A DNA stretch of 64,000 nt from Candidatus Aerophobetes bacterium Ae_b3b (GCA_005223085.1 NJBP01000002.1:2427-66426), one strand, 5' to 3'. Positions 9,632 through 20,471 are shown, counted from the first letter of the stretch. Numbers and translations are program-made. Notes: generated from the sequence alone by a model not told the origin.

Positions 9632-9676
9632 AAAGGAAAGCTGGAAGTTAAATAGCCCCAGCTTTCCTTTGCTGTT
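9632..9676. terminator. perfect 15-bp stem hairpin between SBP and permease genes
   Basis: GCAAAGGAAAGCTGG-13 nt-CCAGCTTTCCTTTGC located 25 nt downstream of the SBP stop. Probably an intra-operon attenuator/stabiliser hairpin; no clean U-run. Confidence 0.45.
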
Positions 9677-9699
9677 CTAATCGCTAGTAAATGATTTTT

Positions 9700-11016
9700 T
9701 TACTCCTCCCCGTAGGCCTTTTCAAGAACTTCATTATATTTAGCAGCTGCTGCATCCAGGGCTTCCTTCGCTGACTCTTCCCCCAGAAATACCTTATGAA
9801 TTGCAGATACCACTATTCGGTTCATTTGAATCTCCTGAGGAATAGACCCAGTCTGGAAAAAGTTATTCGTGGAGCCAAATGTTTCAAAAAATCCCTCGTA
9901 TTCACTCTTGAACTCAGGGAAATCTGCAATTTTCTTAGCCAGGGGCATGTATCCGCTTTTGTACCAGTAATAAATTGTATCGTCGCTTGTCATGTACTTA
10001 ATGAACTCCCATGCCTCGCTTTTATGCTTTGATTGTTTGGGGATACCCAAGTTTCCCCCATTATATACCGTTCCTATCGCTTCATCCATTGGCACAGGAG
10101 CATTTTTAATGTTCAACTCAGGAGCTTTTGCACCGTACACTGCCCAACACCAAGCTCCATCCAGAACCATAGCAGCCTTCTCGCCTGCAACCATATCACG
10201 CATATCTGCTGCTGTATAAGTTATAGAGCCAGGCATAGTGTATCCTTTTTTCTCCATATTCACCATAAAATCAACAGTCTTCACCCCCGGTTCTTCATTG
10301 AACACTGCCTTTTTATTTCTAACATATTGGCCACCCATCGAATACAATAAAGGTCCAATAGTACAAACGTTAGCTCCAGCTACATTCTTTTCGCTAAGGC
10401 AGAAAACAGTTGCGTAACGAAATCTAGCAGGTTCTGCAAGCTTCTTGCTCACTTCAACAAAGTCTTCCAAAGTTGCAGGAGGAAGTAGGCCTTTTTTCGC
10501 AAATATGTCTGCGTTATACACCAGGCCTGCAACTCCCCCCCATAAAGGAAATACGTATGTTTTTCCACGAAAGGTACCTCGAGCTGCTTCAAAGAATTTA
10601 TTTTGAAGCTCTTGTGCGTACTCCGGCGATTCCTGGTTTAGATAAGGGTCCAGCGGTTCAATTAACCCAAGTGAAACAAATTCCCATAGCCAATTTCTAT
10701 TCACTGCCAATACATCAGGTAATCTCCCTGCTTGCCACATAGTGATTATTTTGTCGTGAGTGACCGGCCATGGATCAGTGATTTGTTTTACGTTAATATC
10801 TGGATGTTTTTTTTCGAATCCTTTAATTATATGCTCCATTACCCCTGGTTTAGCTTCTTGACTAACCCATTCATACCAGGTGAGGGTTATTTTTTCAGCA
10901 GCTGCAGTGCCAAAAGAAATCAATACCAGACAGAAACTTAATAAAATCCCAAAGCTCAACATCCCCATACTTCTTTGCTTTCCTCCATACATCTTGTTCC
11001 TCCTTACATAGTTCAA
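9700..11016 (-). CDS. ABC transporter extracellular solute-binding protein (family 1)
   Basis: N-terminal signal peptide (LSFGILLSFCLVLISFGTAAA) and SBP_bac_1-like sequence. Confidence 0.85.
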   Translation of the reverse strand: MNYVRRNKMYGGKQRSMGMLSFGILLSFCLVLISFGTAAAEKITLTWYEWVSQEAKPGVMEHIIKGFEKKHPDINVKQITDPWPVTHDKIITMWQAGRLPDVLAVNRNWLWEFVSLGLIEPLDPYLNQESPEYAQELQNKFFEAARGTFRGKTYVFPLWGGVAGLVYNADIFAKKGLLPPATLEDFVEVSKKLAEPARFRYATVFCLSEKNVAGANVCTIGPLLYSMGGQYVRNKKAVFNEEPGVKTVDFMVNMEKKGYTMPGSITYTAADMRDMVAGEKAAMVLDGAWCWAVYGAKAPELNIKNAPVPMDEAIGTVYNGGNLGIPKQSKHKSEAWEFIKYMTSDDTIYYWYKSGYMPLAKKIADFPEFKSEYEGFFETFGSTNNFFQTGSIPQEIQMNRIVVSAIHKVFLGEESAKEALDAAAAKYNEVLEKAYGEE

Positions 11017-11170
11017 CCTTCGGCCAACGTTCCCCAGAGAAGCGGGCTTTCGACACTCCTCTCTTGACGACTTGGCTCACTTTTCCCTGAAAGCTTCTAA
11101 AAAGAAATTTAGTTATTTAACGCTTTTCTTCAGAAGCTTTCTCTTGTCCCAGCTACCGGCCTATGTACTT

Positions 11171-11198
11171 TCTCACCCCCCTCCCGCCTTATTTTTAG
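11171..11198 (-). promoter_or_regulatory. conserved upstream box, copy 1 (TAAAAAT + AGGCgGGAGGgGGGTGAGA on coding strand)
   Basis: One of four copies of a ~30-nt box, about 150 nt upstream of the SBP start. A -10-like hexamer is followed by a purine-rich conserved segment. Confidence 0.5.
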
Positions 11199-11574
11199 AC
11201 TTCCTTTCAAAAAAGACCTAACCTTGCTAACTAATTATGAGCACATTCATTCTTTGTCAGTAATCATAGTGTGAAGTACTGTGTCTCTAGTCATGTCTCT
11301 TTTCTCATATTTTCTACTACGGGTTTTAAAGCGTATCCTTTGTCATGCCCTTGACGAATTCCTCAAGTTGGAGAATAACCTCTCTAGACTGATTCATTTT
11401 GACCCTCCCTTCTTGTCCATAGTTTTTCCCTGGAAAGGAGAATAGCAATTTTTCTCCTCCTTAACAAGAAGCAATAATTACCGGACACAATATTTTTTAT
11501 CCTCCTTAGCCTTCGCAAATTTCAATATCAGTTATTTTTCCCAGCTTTCAAATACGCTACAACATCGTATTTTC

Positions 11575-12993
11575 CTACTCCACCAAAAGTGGGGTACAGC
11601 CGGGCTCACCCTTTAGCTTCCTTAAGAACTCTGGAACCTTGCCACCGGCATCGGCAATTGCCAGATCTTTCATCCGCTCACAGATGTGAGGATACTCTTG
11701 GGCAATATTTTTTTCCAGTTTGGGATCAGCCTCTAAATCATAAAGAAGGGGGCTTTCACCCCAAAGATAAGCGTTATACCAATAGTGTCTGTCACGAACC
11801 ATAACGAATGGTCCCCAGCCACAGGTAACATGATCGTATATCTCTTTTCCTTTGCCTAAGGCTAGAGGCCAAATATCTTTTCCATCCATGGGCTTTTCTG
11901 GCTCTATTCCTAATCTGGCAAGAATGGTGGCGGGTAAATCAAAGTTGTAAATTAGACTATCGCAGGTTGTACTTGCCCCTTCTGCTTCTGGATGGCGAAT
12001 TATCAAAACCAAATCACAAATCTCTCGGCTCATGGGATGGCCTTGCTTTCCGACTATGTTATACTCACCAATGCAATGCCCATGATCAGAGATGAGAGCA
12101 ATGAGAGTATTCTCCATTAATCCAAGATTTCTCATCTTCTCAATAAAATAACCTAGCCATCGGTCTACCAATGTTATCTCTCCGGCATAGTTTGCTCTAA
12201 GGCGTTTTAATACACGTGAGCTCAGTTGATCAACCGGACCATAAAGAGAGGATAAGAAGTCTATGGTATCATTATCAGCATCATAGAGTTTTCTATAAGA
12301 TTTAGGTGGATCCCAAGGCTCATGAGGATCAAAGGAATCAACCACGAGGAAGAACTTATCGGCATCTTGATTCCTCTCGAGCCAATTAGTAGCAGCTTTA
12401 AAAACCTGAGCAGGAAAATAATCCTCCTCACAATGTCTATCAGCCACATTAGTTAGATACTTGCCAACAAAATCTGTATAATTTCCAAATTTTTCTATTT
12501 TCCCAGATCCTCTTAACTTTGTTCTTAAATTTTCAGGTATGTGATTTTCAATCTCTTCCTCAGGTGGAGCAGGACCTGAGCGATAAGGATCATGTTCCTG
12601 TCCTCTTATCCAGACCCACTCATCAAAACCACGATGAAAGTTCATTGATGGCTTAAACTGATGGTAAGTGTCGGTTATGAATGCCGTGCGATATCCATGC
12701 TGCTGCAGAATCTCAGTGATAGTATCACGTTCTTCGGAGATAGGCCCCCAGCCAGGTGAACCAATAAAAAGGTTGCCCCTGGAAGCTTTATGACCTATGA
12801 AGGGAAAGATATGACAGCCGGTTTGTAGAACTCTTCGAACCTGTAAAGTAGGAAGTGATTCTGGATAAGCATGGGTGAAAAGTACCGACTCTTTAGTTAA
12901 GGAGTCAAGATAAGGTGTTTTAATCCACTTATTTCCATAACAGCCTACATGATCCTGTCTTAAGGTATCAATGATTATCAATACCACATTCAT
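11575..12993 (-). CDS. sulfatase-fold (AlkP superfamily) enzyme, Thr-x-x-x-R variant of FGly motif
   Basis: IIDTLRQDHVGCYG N-terminus. AYPESLPTLQVRRVLQTG aligns to AYxTSPVCSPSRAALLTG with Thr at the Cys position. No TM segment. Confidence 0.75.
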   Translation of the reverse strand: MNVVLIIIDTLRQDHVGCYGNKWIKTPYLDSLTKESVLFTHAYPESLPTLQVRRVLQTGCHIFPFIGHKASRGNLFIGSPGWGPISEERDTITEILQQHGYRTAFITDTYHQFKPSMNFHRGFDEWVWIRGQEHDPYRSGPAPPEEEIENHIPENLRTKLRGSGKIEKFGNYTDFVGKYLTNVADRHCEEDYFPAQVFKAATNWLERNQDADKFFLVVDSFDPHEPWDPPKSYRKLYDADNDTIDFLSSLYGPVDQLSSRVLKRLRANYAGEITLVDRWLGYFIEKMRNLGLMENTLIALISDHGHCIGEYNIVGKQGHPMSREICDLVLIIRHPEAEGASTTCDSLIYNFDLPATILARLGIEPEKPMDGKDIWPLALGKGKEIYDHVTCGWGPFVMVRDRHYWYNAYLWGESPLLYDLEADPKLEKNIAQEYPHICERMKDLAIADAGGKVPEFLRKLKGEPGCTPLLVE

Positions 12994-13366
12994 CCCATTT
13001 CCTCCTCGTAGAGCTTTTTTTAAAATTATCAGCCTGCCTACTTATCCTTTGTGTAACGAGCATTACTCTATTAAAACTGGCAATTCCCTTTTATGAATAT
13101 AAAACTTTGGGAGAAGTTATCCTGAAAATAAACTCAAATGCTTGCTAGTATAAACACACTATAGCTGATTACAAATTAGCAAGGACAAAAGTCAACGTGA
13201 CCCGTATCTTTCCTGTCTAATTGGGTGCAGAAAATTTCCGATTCGAGAAAAAATTACAAAGCTTCAAAGAAAATTGAATTACATTGAATTTTCCATCAAG
13301 GCCTTACAAAGAACGAGAAGTCAGGATAGGTGTTTAGCCCTGTCTTTCTATCGCTGTAACAGCACA

Positions 13367-14215
13367 TCATTGCTTAACAGCCCCCGCCGCAAGTCCCGCA
13401 ACTAAATGGCGCTGCAACAAAAGGAAGAAAATAACGGTAGGGACAGTAGCCACGACTGAGGCAGCCATCACTACTCCCCAATCCGTTGTATACTGCCCAA
13501 GAAAGTTTGCTACCCCCACCGGTACGGTCTTTTTCTCAGTCTGGGTCATCAAGGTTAGCGCAAACACAAACTCGTTCCATGTTACTGCAAATGTATATGC
13601 TGAAGTTGCCACCAGACCCGGCAGGGAAATGGGCAAAATTACTCGAAAAATGACGCCCAGTGGTGAGCACCCATCGACAACGGCTGCCTCATCCAAGACT
13701 TTGGGAATTGTCTCAAAGTAACCTAATAGCATATATATGGAGAAAGGTACCGTAATGGCGATATAGACAATGATCAAACCCAGATAGGAGTTCACCAGGC
13801 GAAGGGCCCAAAACATCATAAAAACGGGGGTAACTAAGATTACCCAGGGGAACATTTGGGTAAAACCGACCATGGCCAATATTGAATTTCTCCCCGGGAA
13901 ATGATAGCGGGAAATGGCATAAGCCGCTGGCGAAGAGATAAGCCAAACACAAACGATAGTAGCAGTCGTGCACATAAACACGCTATTTAGAACGAAGCGG
14001 AAAAATCCAGCTTCAAGGATTCCCCGGTAATTTTCCAAGGTTAACGAACGACCGATCAATTGGAGTTCCCTGGTTAATAAATCAGTGGAAGGTTTTAGAG
14101 AACTAATAATCATCCAGAAGAAAGGGAATAGTATCAATCCAATGATGGCAAAAGTTACTACTACCACCGGTAAATCGCGGATCCTTGAAGACATATTCTC
14201 TTCGCTCCATATCAT
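13367..14215 (-). CDS. carbohydrate ABC transporter permease (MalG-like)
   Basis: EAA loop (DEAAVVDGCSPLGVIFRVILP) and TM profile. Confidence 0.85.
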   Translation of the reverse strand: MIWSEENMSSRIRDLPVVVVTFAIIGLILFPFFWMIISSLKPSTDLLTRELQLIGRSLTLENYRGILEAGFFRFVLNSVFMCTTATIVCVWLISSPAAYAISRYHFPGRNSILAMVGFTQMFPWVILVTPVFMMFWALRLVNSYLGLIIVYIAITVPFSIYMLLGYFETIPKVLDEAAVVDGCSPLGVIFRVILPISLPGLVATSAYTFAVTWNEFVFALTLMTQTEKKTVPVGVANFLGQYTTDWGVVMAASVVATVPTVIFFLLLQRHLVAGLAAGAVKQ

Positions 14216-15201
14216 GCAGTTATATTTCGTTTAAAAAGAGTACTAAAATATACCAATGCGAATCCCATCATTATCACCGTCATTATGACCCCAAAGGTTG
14301 CCCCGTACCCTACCTTGTAATTGACAAAGCTCTCGAAATACACATTGGTCCCCAGTACATGAGTAAAATCACCTGGACCTCCTCGGGTAGAGAGCCACAC
14401 GTAAACAAAATTGTTAAATGTCCAGATTGTGATCATGAAACCCACGATGGTGATAATTGGTTTCAGAAGAGGAAGTGTGACATAACGAAGTTCATGAAAC
14501 CAGCCCGCTCCATCGATTCTGGCAACTTCGTATAACTCCTGCGGGATGGATTGAAGCCCAGCAAGAAAACTGACCACGGCGAACGGCAGCTCTCGCCATA
14601 CCACTATTAAAATAATTGATAGCCAGACGACAGAAATATCAGTTAAGAAAAAAATCGGCTGACGTATCAATCCGAGGTTCTGAAGAGTTAAATTGACCAC
14701 TCCGTATCTGCTATGAAGCATCCACTTCCAAATGGTTACCGCCACCACAGGAGGAACTCCCCAGGGTACAAAAATAAGTATGCGCCCCATTCCGGCTAGG
14801 TGCCACCGCTTTAAGGCCTTGGAATTTAAAAGCAGTGCCAGTCCAAGACCCAGTAAAATCCGAAAAACCACCGTGGCCCCTGTGAGCCACAATACTGTGT
14901 TCTTAAGGGCATTATAAAACGCAGGATCCTCCGTGACCTTGATGAAGTTTTCCAGACCGACGAATTCTCCTCTTCCCTTGGCAGTCTCAAAAAGGCTAAT
15001 CTTATGCAGACTGAGCTCTATATTATACAGGGAAGGTATGAAGAAAAAGAAGACCAGGAGGGCTACGGCGGGCAAAATCAACCCATAGGCGTGAAATCTA
15101 GGTCGATGAGACCTATGCAGCCTTCCCCAGAGATTATTACTCTTCCCCATTTCTAGCCCCCCTGTCTCCTTTTTATCCTCACCTACACCATTTTCTTGCA
15201 A
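14212..15201 (-). CDS. carbohydrate ABC transporter permease (MalF-like)
   Basis: EAA loop (YEVARIDGAGWFHELRYVTLP). Stop overlaps the downstream permease start. Confidence 0.85.
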   Translation of the reverse strand: MQENGVGEDKKETGGLEMGKSNNLWGRLHRSHRPRFHAYGLILPAVALLVFFFFIPSLYNIELSLHKISLFETAKGRGEFVGLENFIKVTEDPAFYNALKNTVLWLTGATVVFRILLGLGLALLLNSKALKRWHLAGMGRILIFVPWGVPPVVAVTIWKWMLHSRYGVVNLTLQNLGLIRQPIFFLTDISVVWLSIILIVVWRELPFAVVSFLAGLQSIPQELYEVARIDGAGWFHELRYVTLPLLKPIITIVGFMITIWTFNNFVYVWLSTRGGPGDFTHVLGTNVYFESFVNYKVGYGATFGVIMTVIMMGFALVYFSTLFKRNITA

Positions 15202-15204
15202 CTT

Positions 15205-16539
15205 CTAGGACTTCCCGGTTGCCTCTTGCAATGCCTCCTCAATAGCCTCCAGGAGATCCTTGCTTGCTCTTTCTACTGACTTCTGACCCGAATAAACCGC
15301 AGCGAATTCACGGTTCGTAAGGGACCACATCGTCTGTACTCGAACAGGTGAGACAATATACTCATAGAATGTCTGTGCTTGCGGTATGAGTTTTACATAT
15401 CCCTCGTATTCAGATGCATAGCTAACTTTTTCCAGAAGCGTTTTTTGGGCGGAGAACTGTTGTCGGTAATAGGTTTCAAATACATGCTCAGAGCACATCC
15501 ATTTTAGAAGTTCCCAGGATTCCTTTAGATGTTTGGTATTCTTGTTGATGGCCAGAGTGCGCCCTCCCAAGTGGGTTCGCCGAGTCACCCTGCCTGCCGG
15601 AACCTGGGCAGAGGCTAGGGGTGCCTGGGGATTAGCGTCCATTGCCGCACGAAATGATTGAGGGGGCATGAATCCCATAGCAAAGTCACCTTTGGCCAGT
15701 CCATGGAGTATCTCGGGGTCTCCCCAGGAGTCGACGGCGATTAAGGATCGTGGGGAAATACCTTCCTCAAAGAAACTATTGAAATACCGCATGGCTTCCG
15801 CAATTGCCTCGGCATCAACTCCAAGTTGCCAGGTACCATCGCCGTTTTGTTTCATAAAGGTATATCCGTGACTCCAAATAAAGTAGTTAACCAAGAACCA
15901 CATTCCCCCGGTAGGGCCGCTGCCGGCTGGAAAAGCAAAGCCGTATCGATCTATTATTCCATCTCCATCACGATCTTCGGTCAGTTTCTTTGCCACCTCT
16001 TTGAAATGAGACCAGGAATCGTCCGGAAAGCCAACAATACCCGCTTTGGCAAAGAAATCTTTTCGATATATCATCGCGAAGGTATCAGTGGTCCAAGGGA
16101 TTCCATAGACATCATCACCCATCTTTCCAAGCTCTAGCGCGACAAAATCATCAATTCCCCTCGGTAGTGGATATTTCTCGAACAAGGGATTGAGTTTAAC
16201 CAATGTACCAGCCTTGGCCAAGTCCATTGTCCATACAAAAGCAAGTTGGAGCACATCGGGGCCTCCACCAACTCCCGCTTCCCGGACAAATTGAGTAAGA
16301 GCATCTGACCAGGGTACTACCTCATATTGGACTTTGATGTTAGGATGCTTCCGGTCAAACTCTTGCACAGCTTCTGATAGGCCAGTAGCATCAGCCGGAG
16401 AATCGTTTTGCCGGAATATCAGACTAATCTTATCTTGGGCAAATCCGGCCATCCCGGTGACCAACGTTAAAGTCAAACTAAGACCTACTACTAAGACAAG
16501 CTCTATTAGTTTTCGTTTCTCAATTCTCATTAATTTCAT
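15205..16539 (-). CDS. ABC transporter extracellular solute-binding protein
   Basis: Signal peptide and family-1 SBP-like sequence. Confidence 0.8.
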   Translation of the reverse strand: MKLMRIEKRKLIELVLVVGLSLTLTLVTGMAGFAQDKISLIFRQNDSPADATGLSEAVQEFDRKHPNIKVQYEVVPWSDALTQFVREAGVGGGPDVLQLAFVWTMDLAKAGTLVKLNPLFEKYPLPRGIDDFVALELGKMGDDVYGIPWTTDTFAMIYRKDFFAKAGIVGFPDDSWSHFKEVAKKLTEDRDGDGIIDRYGFAFPAGSGPTGGMWFLVNYFIWSHGYTFMKQNGDGTWQLGVDAEAIAEAMRYFNSFFEEGISPRSLIAVDSWGDPEILHGLAKGDFAMGFMPPQSFRAAMDANPQAPLASAQVPAGRVTRRTHLGGRTLAINKNTKHLKESWELLKWMCSEHVFETYYRQQFSAQKTLLEKVSYASEYEGYVKLIPQAQTFYEYIVSPVRVQTMWSLTNREFAAVYSGQKSVERASKDLLEAIEEALQEATGKS

Positions 16540-16656
16540 TTACTTTACCTCCTATATACAGGCATGGTTCAATTTGCCGTCAAATTCTCCAAGGAAATCT
16601 TAATTACCAGAGATCCCTTGGAAAATTCTTTGCCTCAAGCTAGCCTGGCCCCTTAT

Positions 16657-16689
16657 CTCTCACCTCCCTCCTGGCCTTATTTTCTAGCT
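16657..16689 (-). promoter_or_regulatory. conserved upstream box, copy 2
   Basis: tctctcacctccctcctggccttattttctagct, about 120 nt upstream of the SBP start. Confidence 0.5.
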
Positions 16690-16974
16690 TTTGTTCCACC
16701 AAGCCAGATCGTGTTCTCCCAACCTCTCGGAAATTGCTTTATCACCTCGTCAGTTTATGGACCTCTTTTTAGATATCCCTTTCACCTCCCTTCAATTTCT
16801 ATTTCTACTCTCTGTCTTCTCGTGATAACAAAAACCTTAATTTTTTTAAACTTTGTTCTCTCAAAACTTTATCTTAGGATGCGGCTATTAGAAAACCAAC
16901 ACCAGAGAGGTGTAGTTGTTTATCTACTATACCCTGTGATCGGCAGAAAAGCTATATTAAGTCCTTGCCCGTAT

Positions 16975-18282
16975 TTAGAAAGACCGACGATAAATTTGCT
17001 CCACATCTTCCTCAGTTGCTGGGACAGGATTCTTTTCTACACCTCTCCTCATAGTTTTAAACGCACCTTGGGCCATATTCGAAATCTTATTTTGATCGAT
17101 CTTCAATTGACTAAGATTTACTCTCAAACCCACCTTCTCCAGTAGCTCCTTTACTGCCTGGATACTCTTTTTTGCCTTCTCCTTAGTGCATTCACGTATC
17201 GATTGACCCATAGTTTTAGCTATCTCACAGTACTTATGCACAGTTTTTTTATCCCCGTTATCGATGTTAAACTCCATCACGTTAGAGGAGATGGCAGCTA
17301 AGGCCACCCCATGATCAACATTAGGATAATGTCCGCTTATCGGATGAGCCATAGCGTGGGGAAGAGCTGCAGATGCGACGGCAATAGCCCAACCAGCGTA
17401 GGTATCAGCGAGGGCCATGTTGAATCTTGCCTCCATGTTATCTCCTTCCCGGTAGGCTGCAGGAAGATAACTGAAGACAAGTTCAATCGCCTTCAAGCAG
17501 TAGCTATCTACAATAGGATTACCCTCCCTGGATACAAAAGCCTCCAAAACATGGGCCAAGGTATCAAATCCTGTACGGGCAGTTAGTTCTGGAGACATAT
17601 TTTTTGCTATATTTAAATCTACAATGGATACCCGGGGATACATATACTCTGAACCGAACCCTGGCTTTTCACACGTCTCAGGGTTGCTAATCACAGCATA
17701 TCTGGTTACATGACTTCCAGTACCCGACGTGGAAGTCACAGCAATTACGGGTAATGTGGCCTCGGTTATAGATAGTGGTTCATCCTGTGTTACCGAGAAA
17801 TCCCAGATAGAACAGGGGCTACTTTTAGAGTGCCCTGCCACTACTGCTATTACTTTTGCCGAATCCATAGCCGAACCTCCACCCATGCCCACTATCACCT
17901 CACACTGGTTTTGTAAAGCCAATTTAGCCCCTTCATCCACTATATCTACGGTGGGATTGGGTTCTACCTTCCCATAATGGAATACCTTAAGCCCTTCTTG
18001 CTCCAGATATTTTCTTGCTTTGTCCAAGAATCCCAATCTCTGCATGCTTTTTCTACCTGTAACCAGTAGGACAGATTTACCCAGTTTTCTTGTCTCTTTA
18101 CCGAGACTTTCCAGCGCTCCCTCTCCAAATATGAGGTTAGTTCGAGGAAATAGGTACCGAAATGTCATTTTCTTCTCCATCTGTAGTTTATGACTACTTT
18201 TGCTTACCCTGTCTTCTATATTTTCCAGCACTCCTTTACCAGACATTAACTCTGTTCTGGGTAGCAGATATTCAAAATTCAT
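16975..18282 (-). CDS. iron-containing alcohol dehydrogenase family protein
   Basis: GGGSAMDSAKVIAV and Fe-ADH His block (ALPHAMAHPISGHY). ATG overlaps the stop of the upstream NPP-like gene (ATGA). An alternative start is at M39 (18168). Confidence 0.85.
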   Translation of the reverse strand: MNFEYLLPRTELMSGKGVLENIEDRVSKSSHKLQMEKKMTFRYLFPRTNLIFGEGALESLGKETRKLGKSVLLVTGRKSMQRLGFLDKARKYLEQEGLKVFHYGKVEPNPTVDIVDEGAKLALQNQCEVIVGMGGGSAMDSAKVIAVVAGHSKSSPCSIWDFSVTQDEPLSITEATLPVIAVTSTSGTGSHVTRYAVISNPETCEKPGFGSEYMYPRVSIVDLNIAKNMSPELTARTGFDTLAHVLEAFVSREGNPIVDSYCLKAIELVFSYLPAAYREGDNMEARFNMALADTYAGWAIAVASAALPHAMAHPISGHYPNVDHGVALAAISSNVMEFNIDNGDKKTVHKYCEIAKTMGQSIRECTKEKAKKSIQAVKELLEKVGLRVNLSQLKIDQNKISNMAQGAFKTMRRGVEKNPVPATEEDVEQIYRRSF

Positions 18283-20213
18283 TCTTCTTGCTCCACTACA
18301 TCGTAAAGTACTCGCCCCTCTGCATTTCCCGGTGGGTGTATGCCTACAAGATAAGCTACAGTTGGTGTCACATCTATAGTTCTCGCTGGAACCTTACGTC
18401 GATATCCCTTTTTAACACCTGGACCCTTTATGAAAAGAATTGCTTTCATCGTCCCCAAGTTCTGCCTAGAAGACGGAAGATAGGTATGGTGGACGCCAGC
18501 GAAGGGATAAATGCCTTCCTCAGACTCATAGGGAGGATCCTCAATAATAGGCAGTCCTTTAGTGAGTATCCAAGCTGTCTCATCGTTGTACTTTGGATTT
18601 AGAGTATATACGATATCTCCCACTCTATCTCCGTGCTGACCAAAAAACGCGGCCTCTTCCTTCTTCAAGATCATATTTACGACATTCTCTCTAGTTTCTG
18701 GATCTTTGAGATTTCGGAAAAGGTCGATAACCTTCTCTCTTATCTTCTCGTAATCTTTAGGGTCTACAACCCCTCCTTTTTCTCGTCCGGCGAGGTTAAC
18801 ATAAATATACGAACCAAAGGGAGAAAAGACTTTAGTTTTGGACCAGTCAACTTTCAGGTTACCATCCTCAGTCTCTTTGTAAGCTATAAGACCTTCTCTC
18901 GCCAAAAAGTTATTGCAGTGGAATACCTTCCTTGGAGCCATATGTCCATGGTCTGAGACAACTAAGATAAGGGCCTCTTCTCCAGCTGCTTTCATAAGTC
19001 TTCCTAAGTAGACATCCGCCATCTGATAGACTCTACGGATGACCTCTTCACATTCTGTTGCCCTTTGCTCCTTGTAGGCAGAACTTTCCGGGTCCATTCC
19101 TCCAAGATAGCAGTGATCAGTGTAATCTATTCCGTGCCACTGGGCAAAGAGCATATCCCAGTCCTTATTCTTCACAAGATACTCTCCTGCCTCTGCCAAC
19201 CAGCTCATTTGATTCTCCAGCTCCTCTAGATATGTTTTTGAATCTATCCATCCTCCCAATATAGGACTGTAAATATCACAGAGAAGCTGATACGGTCGGC
19301 CGATATGCTCTGTGAGCTCTCTGGCAAGACTATCTGGATAAGTCCACCCCGTGGAGGGAAAGATCTGGCTAAAGTAGAGACGAAACCTTTTCGCATCCTT
19401 GGAAAGCTCAATGAGTTTCATACGAAAGTTCCCTTCCTCTTTTCCTTTACTGGTGGTAAATTCTGCCTTCAAAAAGTTGCTCCACTCCCCTTCAGTTATG
19501 CTACATAAAGCTTTTTCTATATCTTTTTCCTCTGAGAGGAAAAATCTGTCGTAACCCTCACCTTTGCTATCTATAACCAGAGCATAAAATGCTTTCTCTT
19601 CTCCCCCCGGAGGACGGATCTTTAGTATGGTCTCTAGCGGAGGAGAGTTTGAAGAAGGCCTGTTTCCCCATCTCTGCGCCTCCTTAAACTCTACCTTATA
19701 GGCACAGCTTATCTCCTTAGGTCCTGCCCCATAGGCTTCCATGTTTCTTTCTCGCATCTTCTCTGTGGAAAACCCAAGTCTAGGAGCAATTTGGAAAGGG
19801 TTCCAATCTGGATTTCCCACTCCTTCAACCTGTAGACCTTCCTTTATAGTTGGAGGCCAGGAGGCTGGGTAACGCAAGAGAATTACCTTCTTTCCCTGTC
19901 TTTCTGCTGCGTTCCATAGGTACTCTGCCTGACATCTTTCGGTGGTGAAAGACTGAAACCTCTCAGAAAGGGAAGTTCCGGGAAGATGAAGAGTCATCTC
20001 CACAATACCGTGAGTACCTACGTTGGCTCCTGTGGCAATACAGGTCCAGTTCATAGCTGTACCTGTGGGAATAGCAGGAAAAGTTTCTGAGGTCACTCCC
20101 TCTTCCATAAGGCGCTTCATGTTGGGAAGATGACCTTCCTTCACAAATCTTTCCACTAAGTTCAAATTCGCAGAGTCGAGTCCTAGTAGTATACATTTTT
20201 TTACGCGTGCCAT
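18279..20213 (-). CDS. AlkP-superfamily type I phosphodiesterase / nucleotide pyrophosphatase (NPP)-like protein
   Basis: ILLGLDSANLNL and FPAIPTGTAMNWTCIATGANVGTHGI match the NPP PTxTFPNHYTxVTGxxPxxHGI nucleophile block (Thr). Confidence 0.7.
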   Translation of the reverse strand: MARVKKCILLGLDSANLNLVERFVKEGHLPNMKRLMEEGVTSETFPAIPTGTAMNWTCIATGANVGTHGIVEMTLHLPGTSLSERFQSFTTERCQAEYLWNAAERQGKKVILLRYPASWPPTIKEGLQVEGVGNPDWNPFQIAPRLGFSTEKMRERNMEAYGAGPKEISCAYKVEFKEAQRWGNRPSSNSPPLETILKIRPPGGEEKAFYALVIDSKGEGYDRFFLSEEKDIEKALCSITEGEWSNFLKAEFTTSKGKEEGNFRMKLIELSKDAKRFRLYFSQIFPSTGWTYPDSLARELTEHIGRPYQLLCDIYSPILGGWIDSKTYLEELENQMSWLAEAGEYLVKNKDWDMLFAQWHGIDYTDHCYLGGMDPESSAYKEQRATECEEVIRRVYQMADVYLGRLMKAAGEEALILVVSDHGHMAPRKVFHCNNFLAREGLIAYKETEDGNLKVDWSKTKVFSPFGSYIYVNLAGREKGGVVDPKDYEKIREKVIDLFRNLKDPETRENVVNMILKKEEAAFFGQHGDRVGDIVYTLNPKYNDETAWILTKGLPIIEDPPYESEEGIYPFAGVHHTYLPSSRQNLGTMKAILFIKGPGVKKGYRRKVPARTIDVTPTVAYLVGIHPPGNAEGRVLYDVVEQEE

Positions 20214-20471
20214 ACCATGCTTCTCCCTAGTTCGTTAATGTGCCCTTCGCAAAATTCGAAAATCAGCTACTGCTACTTTATCTCCTATCTGCTTGCGATA
20301 GAGTATCCATCAGTCCAGAGTTTTCTGCTGCAGCATCTTCCGCTTAGATGTAGGAACTCATACAAAATCTCATTCCTCGATATACTCTTTATTATATTCA
20401 CCAGCTTTGCTGGAGTGTGCCTTGGTGGAGCTGAAAGGAAAAGATGGACATGACCCCTCATATTGTAAGAA

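Noticed and set aside
16564-17145. 193-aa plus-strand ORF
   Set aside because: Low-complexity Leu/Ser/Pro-rich translation of the SBP promoter region and antisense of the Fe-ADH 3' end. No RBS or motifs.
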